64,000 nt of DNA from Chrysomallon squamiferum. Its lineage: Eukaryota; Animalia; Mollusca. Below are positions 29,129 to 44,600 of this stretch, piece by piece (the first letter of the stretch is position 1; each line of letters begins with the position of its first letter). The position numbers and the translations under genes are program-made. The notes beneath the pieces were generated by a model, which had not been told where the DNA came from, did no database searches, and saw nothing but the letters and a program-made list of their open reading frames with translations. The DNA lies in contig CM022665.1 in NCBI GenBank assembly GCA_012295275.1, positions 27,156,001 through 27,220,000 of the forward strand, read 5' to 3'.

Positions 29129-29344
29129 TTTTTTTTTCCTCATAGAGAAAAAGAACAACATGATAAACTGTGGTTGTTATTATGCACATGTATGTTCATC
29201 AACGATACTCCAAATCAGGATTGGATCCAGGATTAAAAAAAAGGTGTTGCCCACCTGTGGATCAACATATAAATAAAACTATTTCTGATGCAAGTAAAGC
29301 AGAAACAAAAAGCATTCAGATAATATAAAGAAGATTTACTAAGA

Positions 29345-29563
29345 TTATCCTTCTGGTTTATTTTTGCTAGTAATTAAAGTTTGAATGAGTTCCATGAGTG
29401 ATATTGCAAGATTATACTCTGAATGTCCTTCATTTAGGTAGCTGGCTACGTGGTTTAACAATAGAACAGTGTCTTTAAGCGGCATGTTGGGATTCTGTAG
29501 CTGTTCTGGATCCTGAAAACAACAAGTATAGATCATTATCAGTTTTGCTGACTTTTTAATGTT

Positions 29564-29609
<46 letters not shown>

Positions 29610-32600
29610 AAAAAATAATTCTTAGTCATGTTTAATAATCAGAAGTATTAAAAATATTATTTTGGATATAAAGATTTACCAATATACATGGTTATTATTT
29701 GATTAATGGCAGTTTAATATTGTGCTTTTGTTCCTTTTATATTTCTAGATATAAAGTTATATTTTCAAACACTTAGGCATTCTCATAAACTTCTTACATT
29801 ATTGTGATATTGTTATTAACTAACCTGCTGTTTGAGCCATGTGGAGAGTGTTGTTGTTATTCCAGACACAATTGTCACAGTCTCTGGTGTGTCACATTTC
29901 AGTATATAGTGTGCTACACGCTGTCCAGCAATAAGTAGCAACTGTGAGCCCATGATCTCATGATCATTTACTGTGAGCAAAACCTGAAATATGAATTATT
30001 TTAAAAATAATTTTTATGTGAGATGAGAAAGATACAAGTTGTATATAAAAAAAAAAAAAGAATTTAAGAAAATAACTTTTCAAAATAACTTTGAAAATTA
30101 GTATCATGAAAAAAAAAAAAAAAAAAAATTAAGAAAAATAGATAATTTTCTTGAAAAAGAATGAGAACAACCAAACAGTCACTAACTTCTTCTGCCAGTT
30201 TATCTTGGCCAAGAGAGTATAGTTCACACACATTGTGGCGTTTCAAATGATCCAGGTCCAGTCCAAAATCTTTAGCTAGTTCTAGAACTAATGCAGGCCA
30301 CTTGAAAGCCACATTCTTCTGTCTCTTGCTGGGACTGGACAGTGGATGCTGAGACACAGCCTGTGTGGGGCTCAGACTGTCTGATGACAATGGTGATGAT
30401 TCGTTGACAGGACTACCTAAAGTTTTAACAGCATGGGAGATAACCCTGCAGAGAAACTGAAAAGAAAAGGAAAAATATTTTCAGATTGTATTTAGGGAAT
30501 TTTTTTTTTACCGGAATAATAAGATCCATGGTAATATTACCATCAAAATAATTATCAGAAAAAAATAAAATAATAAAAATAATGTCAATGATATTTACTC
30601 ATTTTTACATGCAACTGTAAGTGTTGTATTATATAAGCACAGAGTCAAAAAAAGAAAAAGAAAAAAGAAACAAGAAACTTGTTCTGTTCTTTTACCCAGT
30701 TAATGTTACTGTTAACAATAATCAAAATTTAAAATGTTGATATTTATATCAAAATAAAAGAATGTGCAGATATTTACTGTTCTTCTGCTGAGACAAATGC
30801 CAGTGTCAATATTCTGGTTTGGAAGCAATGGATGGGAATGTAAGTCTTTGAAAAAACTGTTTTTACCCTGAAAATAAAAAAAATGACCAGTGATTAATAA
30901 TTACATTTTAAAAAATTAAAATAATAAGGATAAAAAAACATTTTATCAAAGCAAAATAAAATCTGTTTATTATCTGTTGTTTAATTATCTGACAGAAATA
31001 CATCACTCTCAAATAACAAAACTTGGTTAAATCTTTAAAAATGTGCAATAGGTGATAAGTTGGCAAAAAAAAAAAAAAAAAAAATTAATTAATTATAATA
31101 ATAAAAATAAATAAACAAAACTCTTACTGCCAATATTTTGGTTACAAATCATGTTAAAATGCATCAAAATAACCAAAAATAATTTTTAAAAAACCAGGCT
31201 TGATCTCGAAGGATGTAACTTAGAATCAGAAAGAAACAGCACTTTCATATTGTATTAGCAATAAGAACATGAAGAGGAAAAACTTGAATACCTTCGAGTC
31301 AAACAGAGACAGAACTTTAACAGATTTCATGTTGAACACTAGAATGGCATTGACAATGACAGCAAGGTGGTAGTGGTGTCGAGTCAGATGATAGTTGACT
31401 GGTTTCTGATCCACTGCTAACTCTCCCAGTGAAGCTGGGCCATGAATATGCTGCCATATTGGTTCCAGGTTGAACACTGGAACTTCATTCATTTCACAAT
31501 TTGCCTAAAAATACATAAACATTCAACATAAATTTGATAAATGTTTATAATTTTTTTTTAAAATATATATATATATATATATATAGTTACTATTAGATAA
31601 ATAATAAGATAGCAAAAAAAACATAAAATAAATTTCAATAAGTGTAATGTAAAACTGTTTTATTTACTGTAATAAAATTCAGATTTCAGAATTGTGATAA
31701 CTGAGCATTAGAAAATTAATCTATAAAACAAAACTGTAATATCATCCCATACACATAATCTTAGGTATTTTGTACACAGTATGGGTGGATGTGTATACAC
31801 ATTCTATGTACTTTTTAGTAAATACTGCTTAAAATCCATATCTAAAATTAATATGAAATACATACTGAAAATTAAAATCATGGAACAAAATAATAATAAT
31901 AGTTATAAAAAGTGTGAGAATTCTAAATTTCAAATATATTTTAAAAAGAAATTAAATAAAAATATATATAGTTATAGTGGTAATAAACAAAATAGTGCTT
32001 ATCTGAATAAAAATTAAAATGAAACAAGAAAGAGAACACATTAAGAACATCCAGTCTGGAAACAAATCTTTCTTAGAGAAACCATGAAACTTATTTGTAT
32101 ATGCTCTTTAAAGACATGCACAAAGATAGTGTGATAAATTTATTTTCAAACATCTGAAGATGCATTTTATATGTAGTCTACATAAGATCGAGGAAAAGAT
32201 AAAAAAAAATTAAATAAAATAAAAAATGAAAATGAAAATGAAAATATAAAAATAGTAATAATAAATAATAACTGAGAACTATTTATTTAAGGAGAAAACT
32301 GATATCATTTTAATCAAAAGTCTGAGAAAAACTGAAAGGCAAATAAAACCATGCAATTTTACTTTTTAACTGCCTCCATTACTGGACATTTTAAATAATG
32401 CAGATTTATAAAATTGCTATAAAGAAAACCTTAGCTGGATTATAAATGTTTTTGTTTTAAAAATGGGTATTTCTATATGGCATGCCACTCTCAAACTGTT
32501 AGTGTGTTACTTGAAAACCATACACAGTTTCATACTTAAAATATAAATCTTACTAAATGATCAGGGCTATCATTTCTTCCATGCATCTTGAAAGTGTGAC

Positions 32601-35600
32601 AGGCCTGAAGATGAGGGTAGCACTAATTCAGACATTGGAGGCAGCACATATCATTATCAGTGATATTATTACATTTGTCATAAATTTTTCTTTTTTTATA
32701 AATATATTTGAAAAGGACCGATTTAAAACTAATAAAATAATAATGCTACATAACACAGTAACAAGTATAAATAAATGTATGTGAAAAGGACCAAGTTAAA
32801 ACAAAATAATAATGCCTAATTAATATGATCAAATACAACTAAATATATTTGAAAAGGATTGATATATAACTAATAAAATAATGTTAAATTACACTGTGTG
32901 AAAAAGACCAATCTAAAACTAACAAAGTAATAATTATATAAAATTAACAATATCAAATATAAATAAATAAATTAGAAAATATTTTTTAAATTCTTCTTTT
33001 ATTACTATTCAGTTTAATGTGTAGTTAATTTGGTAATGGAGTCTAAGACTCTAATGATAAAAATTAATAGTTTACTAGATGTAATTTGTAAGTGATCAAA
33101 TGAAACACAATTATGAAACTCATTAAAATGTTTCAGCATGGTATGAAATGGACTGATATGAAACAACAACAAAACCATGAAGTTTTTGTCTTGTAAATTA
33201 AACATAAATAATAAATTTGAACATAAAACAAAAAGTAAATTTTTTATTTTACAAATTAGATATTCTGCTAACAAAATGATAGTATCTTTATTTTACAATG
33301 ATGTTTTAAATTTGTTATTAAATAAATTAAAATAAAATACATTATACTTACATCCATTGTAATTTGAAGGAGATCACAGACGCACTGTGCAAACACAGTC
33401 ATTTCTGAATCTGTCATCCCAATCTCCTACAGTATAAAACAATTATATATATATGTATATGTATTTAACTTTTTAACTTATTTATACTAAAGATTAGAAT
33501 ATCAACATAAAGAATGTAACATTAGAATAAAGTTATGATTTTACAGCAAACAAATAAATTAATCTCCGTGTTATTTTCTTAAGTTAAAAAATAACAAAGC
33601 AATGAACAAAATTTGCTTTCTCTTAATTTTTGTTTCAGCTTTCAGAATCCTTTACTTGAAATATATAAAACTGAATTAGAATCAATCTATTTTACAATTA
33701 ATTTAACATTTTCTTTTTCTCAATGTGAGGTTATTTTAAGGTTTGCTGTAGTTTTCACTAATTTTTAAAAAAATGCAAAAAATAAAAATACTATCACAAA
33801 ACTAACCTTTTTACATAATCTCTCCTTTGGAGCTTTACCAACCTGAAAAGAAATAATATAAATAAAGAAGACAACTATGTTATTATGAAAAATTATATGG
33901 ATGACTTGTTAAAATAAAACATAATTATGCAAATAAAATTATCAGAAGAGCACATACTATTAAAAAAAAAGAAAAAAAAAGCTGTAACACTAATTAAAAC
34001 AAAATATTAACCTTCTCCATTAAATACACAGCAGCTGACATCCTCTTCATAACAAACATCTGCCACATCATATAACACACCCCTATGACAAAACAAACAA
34101 ACAAAATTGAAAGAATAGAAATGAAAACAAAATGATTATAGCAAAACAGACATCAATTTCTGTTGAAATGAATCAACAGTATAAATATTATAACAATTCC
34201 AAAACAACCAGCTTTGTAATGTTTTTAAATTATTACTTAACAGCTTGTTATTTCTGGGTATTAAATTTCAGATATTAAAATGTGCTAAATTAACTGGACA
34301 GAAATGTTCCTTTAATATGAATTTTTTGTGTTTTTTTGAATAAAGTATCAGTTATAATAAACATATGAATAATAATTAGTGGAAAACAGTATCAATGTTG
34401 TCAGTAATATGATGACCACACATTTAAAATTCTATCTGTAAAGTTTTAATAGCAAACCTTGTCTCAGAACAGCATTCTGTATGAGCATCAGAAATTCCAG
34501 TGATAACTGCAAACTTTGTACATCCTTAAACAATGGAACAAAACAAAGATTCTATTAACGTCTTGGGAAAAATGTATTTAAAATTTGAAGTAAAATGTTC
34601 TTGAAAGGATTTTTGAAATAACATTAGGTAGAATATTGTCACAGATCTGTAACTGATTCAAGGACTGAAGTAAATGCTGCACAAAGAATAATTATAATTT
34701 AACACATTTGAAACAAGTTGTATTTACAAAAGAATATCTGTGTTTGTGTGTGCTTGTGTAATAAATAAATGAAATAAAATAAAATAAAATATTTAAAAAA
34801 AATAATAATAAAGAAAAGAAAAAGTAAGACTCTTCTAAATCACGTTTGCATATATACATCTCTATAAACTGAAAAAAAGAAAGAAAAAGAAAAAACAGAA
34901 ATCACCTCCCAGAACAATTCATTAAGTTTAGTTACAACTGTTCTCAAATATAACAAATGAAGAATTTTTAAACAGACATTATCATACTGCCTGATACGAA
35001 AGAAGGTGACAAGAAAAAGAAGATATAGAGAAAAACAAATACTGATCACATTAGCTACCTCAGGATCTCTGTTCCAGTGTGCAGCACACTCCCAGCAGCA
35101 ATTAGACAAAAGTACATCATTTTCCAAACTGTGAGGAAACCTCTGACGCAGATCATCTAGCTGAACTAAAAATGTAAAACAAAAATTGATACCTGTAAAT
35201 TTGTTTTAGTTGTCATTTTATTATAAATTAATGTTAAGGGAAAGTTAATTATGTAATTAAAAAATATATATATATATATTTATACATACACACACATGTA
35301 CAAAACAAAATAGATGAAATTAAATGTTACATTTATAAATATCCTTTAGAAGCAATAATAATAATGTAATAAGTCTAAACATACCAACTGTTGAATCCAA
35401 ATTAAAATGCTTAAGCTGCTTATAAATAAATTTTTGATAAATGAACACTAGATCATTCTTTTCTCTTCTATTACAGTAATTAACACTACTGTTATTATTA
35501 CAGGAAACAAGGAGTTTTTTTTTAACTAACATTGAATCATTTCTAGTGGTGAATGACCATGCTTAATTTCATCATTTGTTGTGTCTTCCACCTCCACTTT

Positions 35601-38600
35601 GGGCTGGCTTTCTTCATCAGAACTGTTTGCTGGGTAGTTTTTGTACAAGGACTGTGGACTCAATCGTAGACGTGTTATATACTGAGCTACTACTTCAGAA
35701 ATTGAGCCTAAAGAAAAGAATATAATTAATGACCACAGCAATAATAATTCATATTTCATAACAAGTTTTTTTTCTTATAGTCTGTAACTTTGTACTTAAG
35801 ACAATAGGAGAATAAATGTATTATTTTTTAAATAAAAAGTGAAAAACATCAGAAGGAATATTTTTGTAACTATGTATTCTAACCAAATTATAATTTTATT
35901 TAAAAACTAAAAAGAAAAAAAAGAAAATCTCCAAACATCTAACAATCATCTTGCTGTATAAAAACGAGTTGAAAAGATAAATGTGTAACTCTAATATATA
36001 ACTACTGTTGTGCAATATATTTATACTGATGTCCAGACAAGATTTATAAAATATGAGAAACAATATCCAGGTGTTTAATATTTTCACAAATCAAAGTAAA
36101 ATATAAGAAGCATATTTAAAATTACACAAGCACACTAACCTCTTCCACCTTCAAGAAGTTTTGTTACAGAGACTCTGATTGGCTCTTCACTTGTAGCTAC
36201 ACTGTCACTGGCTGACAGTCTTAGATGAAACAAAGTGCTGAGAGCAAGCACATCCTCCAGCTGTTTGACTAGTAGATTCCAGTTTTCCATATCTATAGCC
36301 AGAGTTTCCCATTCAGAGAGGTCAGATTTGTCTGATTCCACACTGGAGGTGTCTGCATCAGGGTCCTGTAAGGGCACAACCTGATTTACTAATGATCAGT
36401 TCTCAAAGTGTATGTTAGTTGAAGAAATTAAATCACCAAATATAAACTTGATAAGATGTATGGACTGAACCACAGAACTCCTTTCTGAGTGTGGAATAAC
36501 TTATTTCACATACTGGTTGATAAAATGGAGACAGGTAAAATTCAATATATTATATAGGTAGGTATTAATGTAATGACACTATAGATCAGATGCACTGATA
36601 TACATGTTTAAGATGTAATTTTTGTTAGAAAGAACACAGAAGCATAATCAAGCTTATAAACAAAACCTACAATTAAACACACCTGAAATATTCACAGAAA
36701 GCTAAATTATGTCATCACATTTGAAGATTAAATCAAGTTTTTAATTAATTTAATTTACAAAGATACTGGTATGTTCTTTTTAATACTGTTTTTTATACAG
36801 ACTCTGAATAACATTAAAAATAAAAATATAAACACATCATTTCAATTCCAGTTATTTTAAGAATGATTTGAACTTATAACTGTGGTTGCAGATGCTACAA
36901 AATACAATCAAAATATCATTAACAGAATTCCTTTTAAATATATTTTTAGAATGATTTAGTCTATCACTACAGACACAAGATAAGTATTCTTACAAATATT
37001 TGTTTTTTTTATAAACATAGGAAGACTATTTACTTTTGCCTTTGTCTGATTGCCATGAATCTCAATGGCAAGACTTCTACATGTGATGGCCAGGAGATAA
37101 GCAGCTAGGATGTTTTCTGACTGACTGCAGGCATCACGTATTCGCTGCCACCATGGTGATACTTCACTGTGGTCAACAATCAGTTCACTTTTATCTGAAA
37201 TTTCAGTAGAGAAGAAAGCCATTATACAACAATGAAAAAAAACTAATTTTTTTAAATAAAATAAAATAAATAAACAAAATGAAGCTAATACTACTAATGT
37301 TAAAAAAATAAATAATTATTTATCATAATTTAATTATGTAGATAACAAAGGACAGATTCCACATTATTTTTAAAAATTATTTTACAACAATAATTATCTT
37401 TTAAAAACTGGAATTAACTTATAAAAAAAAATCCTATCAAATCTATTTAGTGGATGTTAAAAAGTAACTGAAAACCAAACAAGAATTCCCGAAGACACCA
37501 TCTTTTTAAAATTATCAAAAATGTTTTTATGGTTTTGATTTATTTTGATCAGTGAACAAAGCTTTTACTTTACCTGTCATGCCAGTAAGTGTTTTTAAAA
37601 CATGATGTAGATGTGGAAGTGAATGACAGGATCTGTCATTAGATGACAACCAATACAGTAACAGAAGTGTCTAGAGAAAAAAAAACAGAAAAAAGCTTTC
37701 ACTAATATGATATACAAGAAAGTAAAATTTTCATTATATTTGCTAACTGAACATCACTTTTATGTATGTAAATGAATTTTTCTTTTATTTAGACTACAAA
37801 ACATAATAGTATAGTGATTGTTTGGAAAGTCAATATCAGAAATTCAAGGGGCAAATACTGAAACACAAGGGCAACATTTAAAGTATACTTAATAATAATA
37901 ATGAAAGAAAATTGTCTAATGTATGTGTAATGAGTACAAACTGGAAATAGCAAAACATCTGATCAAAACAATGATTCTTTATTCTACATTACTTTAATTC
38001 TGCTTCTACTCTATTATACTTAAATCAATGCTGCATTATTTTATGAATACAGTTATTTATTTTGTCTAGTGTTTTTAATTATAATATTTTAATTTTATTT
38101 TTAATAAGCCAAGATCATTGGGAAAATTATATGTACGACTTACTATAAGCTGTTCAGGAGAAAGGCTTGAATCTTGTAAAACTATACTCAGTTCTCCAGA
38201 TGATGAACAATTAGACAGACATTTATGGAAGAAGAAATAAGCTAAAAATGTATAAAATAAAATATATTTTAAAAATCATTTGTATTGTTATAGAAACAGA
38301 AGCAATGTCAACTTGGAAGGTTTTGATTTGCTGATTTACAATTATTACAAATATGCATGCAACATGTAATATATATAAAAATTCCTCCTCTTTAATTTCA
38401 AAAACTGTTTTCTCATTAATTTTGTAACAGACAACTCATACAATCAGTTATAAAAGGTGCTTTAATTCTGCAAATACTTAAAAATACAAAACACAAAAAC
38501 GTATCTATTGGATGTCAAAAGAAGTTAAAATTTATATTATATGAATTGATGATCAATATCTATATATAAAATTCAGTATTTAAATTAAAGGTGTCATTTA

Positions 38601-41600
38601 AACAAAAAAAATAACAAATATAGTTCTGTTTACTTCTTTATTTCTGTAAATAAAAATTATTGATTTATTGCCTACCAATGGCAAGGTTTCTATCCTCTGA
38701 ATTTCCTTTGTGTAGAGTTATGACATTAGATCGTGCAGGATCAGTGTCACTAACATGTAACTGACAGGAGAAGCTGTGGAGAAATGAAGTGATGGCTAGT
38801 GTGTCTTCTTCAAACTTCACTCTTGTCTTGTGTGCACTGTAAACTGAAGTGAATTTCTCCACCTGTGATACAACTGCTTCACTCTCTGGCAAAGTTAGAC
38901 TGAGTACTTCAGAAACCATCTGCAGTAAAAGTATTATTTTGCTATACTATGTTCATCCTAGCCTAGAAATAATTAAATACTTCTTCTTTTTCTTTTTTTT
39001 TAAATAGTACTTTATAAGCAATTAATTTTAAGTGAAATTACCATCATTATGATTATCATGTGGAATGTCAGTTATCTACTATTAAGATGTAATTTTGTCA
39101 GAAGTATAACATGGATTATAAATTTCAAATGTGTTTACATATAAAATTAATAGTGTTTTGTAAAGTAAATATTCTATTTTAGATCATTATTAAAGTACTG
39201 TTTATAGATATTATTGTGTGCAGGTTTATACACACCAATGTATGCATAAAAACATAGAAACAGATCAAGAAAGACAGAGAAAGAGATAAAAATAAACATT
39301 TAAAAGATGAATTGTTGAGTAGATACAGAATGGCAGATGAAATACAAAATGTGAAATTATATTAAATAACAAAGCTTTCATTAATTATAAATAAATTCAA
39401 AACATTCAAAATAAATAAATTTAAACAATTATAAAATGTTTTTTACCTCTGCATCTGACTCATGTAACCCATTCGATTTGGAAATATCTGAAGACAGTTT
39501 CTTTATCATGCAATATGTATGCAAGAGACTGTCCTGAGCTTGACAGAATCGTAAAAACAATTTGCTGTCGATGTCAATACTGGCTTCGGCTGAAAATATT
39601 TCACAAAACATGATTAATACTAGTTTACTTCTCTACGTTTAATGTAGCTGGTATTTACAAACAGAAAAATGTCTCAAGCCTAACATTAAAAACTGCCACA
39701 TTAAATATCATGAGAGATTTTCTTTATGTAACTGAAATATTTTCTTTCACTCATTGTCTCATTAAAAATAACAAAACAACAACAAAAACCCTACTCCCCT
39801 AAAAACATCGATAATTAATCAAGTTTTGTAAATGGTTTAGCCATTAGAAGTCAGTAACAAAAACTGTAAATAACTACAGTTACTAGGTGTACATTACTAC
39901 ATATGTATTTGTTGACAATGCTTTTACCTCTGTTGTTAATTTGCTGAATACAAGCTTTAAGGACATTTTTCATGACATCTCCTGACAAATACTTTGTGCT
40001 GAGTACTCTCTCCACAGCCTACATTAAAAAAAATTAACACTATATTACAGTGATATTAATACAAATATACTCAATTATCAAAAGCAAATTAGTTTTTAAA
40101 GAAGGAACCAATTTAATTAGATCAAACATATTAATAATATATTATTTTAAATAGTAGATGGAGATAAAAAAAACACATAAAGATAAAACAACTGAGTAAA
40201 ATAAACTTTTACAGATTACAAAATGGAAACTTTAAAACCAGGATAACTGATTTAAATATAGTTCACTCACCTGCTGTGCTATGTTGGCAATTTTCATGTC
40301 TAAAATTACATCTTTTATTGTGGTTTGCAAGACTTCTGAAATATAAACACACAAGACAAGATAAATTATGTCGAGTAATATCTAAGAAACAAATGTGTAG
40401 GTGATGATTACCAGAAATGATTTATTGCAATATGTGCATATTTGTAAATATATTTACCAGATGATTCAGCATGTTCTTTTAAAGCAGATTTCAGTTTTCT
40501 CAGTAAATGCAGATCTCTGGCTCGTTTACTGCTTTTATCACTGAAATCAAACAAAACTGAATTAATATACAGTACACAGTGACATCTTATAATTATAATG
40601 TTACTGTGTTGAGTATTAGGTATGATGTTAGTATGTACATCCAGGGTAAACAAATCTTTTTTCAAGCATTATGTACAAATCCCAAAATATAACCAAAATA
40701 TACCCAAAAATTAACAAATTGTCTTAGTTTTATAATTTTTTAAAATGAAGATATCTCAATACAGTGGAAATTTATATTAAAATAAAGGTAATGAAAAATA
40801 AATAGGAAAGAAGGAAAATGTTAAATTGTCTTGTGCAAAATTACATGCTTCACCATAGAGCTATATTAGAGTGTAGTAAAGTATAAGCTATACCTTAAAG
40901 CTAAATGAAATGGCACCTCCAGTGTCTTAATGGTGCCATCAGGTTCAACCAGTGCACAACTAAATACTTTCGTCTTGATTCCACGACTTGTCACGTTGTT
41001 CAGTCCCATCATACCATGACTAGGAAAAATCAGCTGACAACACTTGCTGGTATTAAAAGCTGCTACTCTTGGTCCTGTGGCTGCTGTCCATACCTAAAAT
41101 AAAAAAATGAAAAATTAAATAATCAAAGGATATCTGAAGTATACAAGTGACTTTGAAACCAGTTTATTTAAAGAAAACAACGATATTTTATATTTATCAC
41201 GTTTGCAATCTGAATCATATTAATTATATATTTGTATGTCTGTGTTTCTGTTTGTGTGTGTGTGTACATGCATTTTTATATAGTCTGTCATTAATTAGAA
41301 AATTTCAAGCAGAATTTTATTATTTTATGTTAATAATAATACTCAATTAAATTCACTGGTAACAAAAGCAAATACTTTAAAAAAAAAAACTAAAAAAAAA
41401 AACTATACCAGTTTCTAATTCAACTGCTTCTTCTGAATATGAATGCAGACAATAAAAAAATATAAAAAATATCATGTAAACTGGCAATACTACCTCAAGG
41501 ATTCCTCTTCTTGGTGCATAGATGACTAGAAACTGAGCAACTCTAGAGTGATCCTTGTTTCCACCACTTTGTGTTTCATCTTCACGAACCTGTATCCAGC

Positions 41601-44600
41601 CCAGCTGAGCATCACGGTAACCTAGAAAACAAACATATGCTCATTTAAAACAGAAGATAAGGATATATAAAATTATATAATTATGCCGTTTCCTACCCAA
41701 TTGTATTTAAAAATGATAAAACATTTTTGCAATGCTTAACTCTAATATTCATCTGTAATATATATTACTGGTTACACTACAATAATGTACGGTGTTCAAA
41801 AAAACAGTTAATGATTAAAAGTAATTTTATTTAGTTTTATAATTTAGAAAAAAAGTGAATATTTCACACAATGTTAAGATTATTACCTTTCCACATTCTG
41901 ACAGCAATTCCTCTCTCAGCATCAATCAGTACAACTCTGCCATAGCTGTCAGTTAAGGCAGCATATCTGTTGTTGGGTGACAAAGCAATGCTGTTTCCAG
42001 ATCTTATCTGATCAGGCAAACCAAATCTACAAAATAATTTTGTTTCCATACACGTTTTTATCAAAAGAAATAGAGGACTAAATAAAACAGCCAAATATAG
42101 TAAGTACTGACTATTTGTGTATGAAAAACAAAATTCATAATTAATACATGTTAAATTTAAATAAAATATATAATGGTTTACCTATCAAAAATTATGAAAC
42201 AAAGCATGTCAGAAAGGATAGTTCTTAAATTTATTTTATTTTCCAAACAAGTATCTTGAAATATAAATAATATGACATAGGAAAATATACAACATTATTT
42301 TTATGGGTACTTTCTTGATATTTGTGACTCTTATTCCTAAATATTTAAAATAAAGCACTGACCACCTCTTTGGTTATCATGTAATGGTTAATATAGATAA
42401 ACACAATGACACTAACGCTGAAAAGCGGATATTATTAGACTATTTTATAACATAGTACCTGGAAGACAGTGGTGTTGCTGGTTCTATTTTAGGTGTAAAT
42501 TTGTCTTTAACATCATCTCTCTGTTTGCCTCCAAACCCAAGCCAACCACTGAAAACAAACAAGGCTATAAATGAAATTTAAATATGTAAGACTGGTGAAA
42601 AAAATATGAAGACAAAATATATCATGAAAACACTAATGATTTTAACTGATTAATTATTTTATAATTGTTTTTTTTTATTTATTTAATCAAATGGGACCAT
42701 TACAAATTTAAATTTAGGATTCTTAATATAAAACAACACATACCTAGCTGCAGATATTAATGCTGTTTTTATTTTGTTTGCCATAGCCAAGGCAACTTCA
42801 GACAGAATTGGCTGTGTACTTCCCTGTAAAATACCAAATGAATAAATAAAGAAGTAAAAACAAAGAAAAACTTCAGCGGACTGAACTTATCACCTTAAAT
42901 TTTATCATAGATAATTTACTTCCTACGATGTAAAGAAACTCAAAATGTGTTTTATACTCATAATCTTTCATTTAAGAACTAACCTCAATAGCATAAAAGA
43001 ATCCAGTGTATGGTCCCATGCCAGCTGTAAGATACAGAGTTGCTGCAGGTGGAGAACTCTTTACCTGAGCACTGAAACCTCCAATCATTGAGGCAGTCTG
43101 CATCTGGTCAAAAGCATTTGATGTGTGCAATCCTGTAAAAATTTAGAAAACTTAAAAAATGAGACATCAAAACTTGAAAAAAAAAAATAATAATAATAAA
43201 TAAAAATTTTGAAAATTAAAAAAAAAAAAAAGAAAACATACAAATTTAAGTATGGAAAATAAATAAATAAATAACAATAATAGTAGTAATAATAATGACA
43301 AAAACAAAATAATAAAACCATCGGCAGTAAGAACAGTAATAAAAGATATTTAATGGGAATTGTTATTCTAATATTTATGATTTATCTATGAATGTTTATT
43401 TCAAATAATGTCTGATAGTCATCATGTTTCTATGATTAGATAATATCAGTTTCAATGAAATGTATATACACTTACCACAACTGACTTCGTCATTTATTTT
43501 CTCCTGCCCCTGCAGTCCCCACTTTTTGTAAGCCAGAGGTGGTGGCTGCAATCCAGTATCACCTCCACTAGCTGTGGCTAATAGTGATAATCAAAACATG
43601 GCAGAAGTAAATAAATCTTTTTATTTGAATACACATTATTTAACTTAATTAATTAATATTTTTTTTTTTTATTTTATAAACAGATTTTTGGAAATATAGT
43701 CATTATTAAGAGAGTTATAAATTAAAAGAGAAAAAATTAAATATGACATTAACATCATACAGCTAGTTTCAACTTAGATATATGTTTGTTAAAATACTTC
43801 TTTGCAGACAGTCTTGAACAGTAATACCATTGTCACTGTTTGTGTATATAAATGTTCATGTTTGCTTTATTGTGAAAAAAAACAAAAAAACAAGAACCTC
43901 TTGCAACTTGATTTCTGCAGGCACGAAGTGACTGAATTAAACTAAAACCATCTATAGAAACCACAGCCTTCCGGTAGAGAATTACAAGTTCCTCATGCTG
44001 CAGAAAAAATGTAGTAGTTCAATAAATTAATTATTAAAATGCAGATGCAATTATGGAAGAAACAGTTCAAAATAATAATAATAATTAAAAAAATAATTAA
44101 TCCCCCCCCAAACATAAAAGCAAAATATACTTCCAATGTCTGTGTTTTTTCTTCCCAAATACTTATTATATTTCAACTATCAGTTTATTTGCAGAAATTT
44201 TCTAATCAAGTTCAAAAATGTTAATTATTATTAAATATCTTCTCAAAGATGATCTTGGTAGTTATTGTAATTTATTTATCTGTAGTCACTAATATCAGAA
44301 TTTCTATGTAATAAGATAAAAACAAATCACTAACCTGTTCTGCCATGCCTAAATATCTTGGTGGTTCATAGGTTCGGCATTTAAGCTTCTGAACTGGCTC
44401 CATGTGCAACAGTTGTGACAGTAACAAGACTCCAGTCTAAATATAAAATTAAAATAGAGAAAAACATTTATAACATAATTATGTTAGTTTCTGAAATATC
44501 AGGATACATATAAACAATTATCTTGAAATTATAATTATTGAAAGTATTTACATATTATTTTTTATTAAAATTAATGAATTTTTAAAGGTAAACATCCAAG

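Noticed and set aside
32555-32670. C/D-box snoRNA (ATGAT…CTGA motifs on the minus strand)
   Set aside because: The C box is imperfect and there is no clear guide or terminal stem; the cassette-exon reading fits better.
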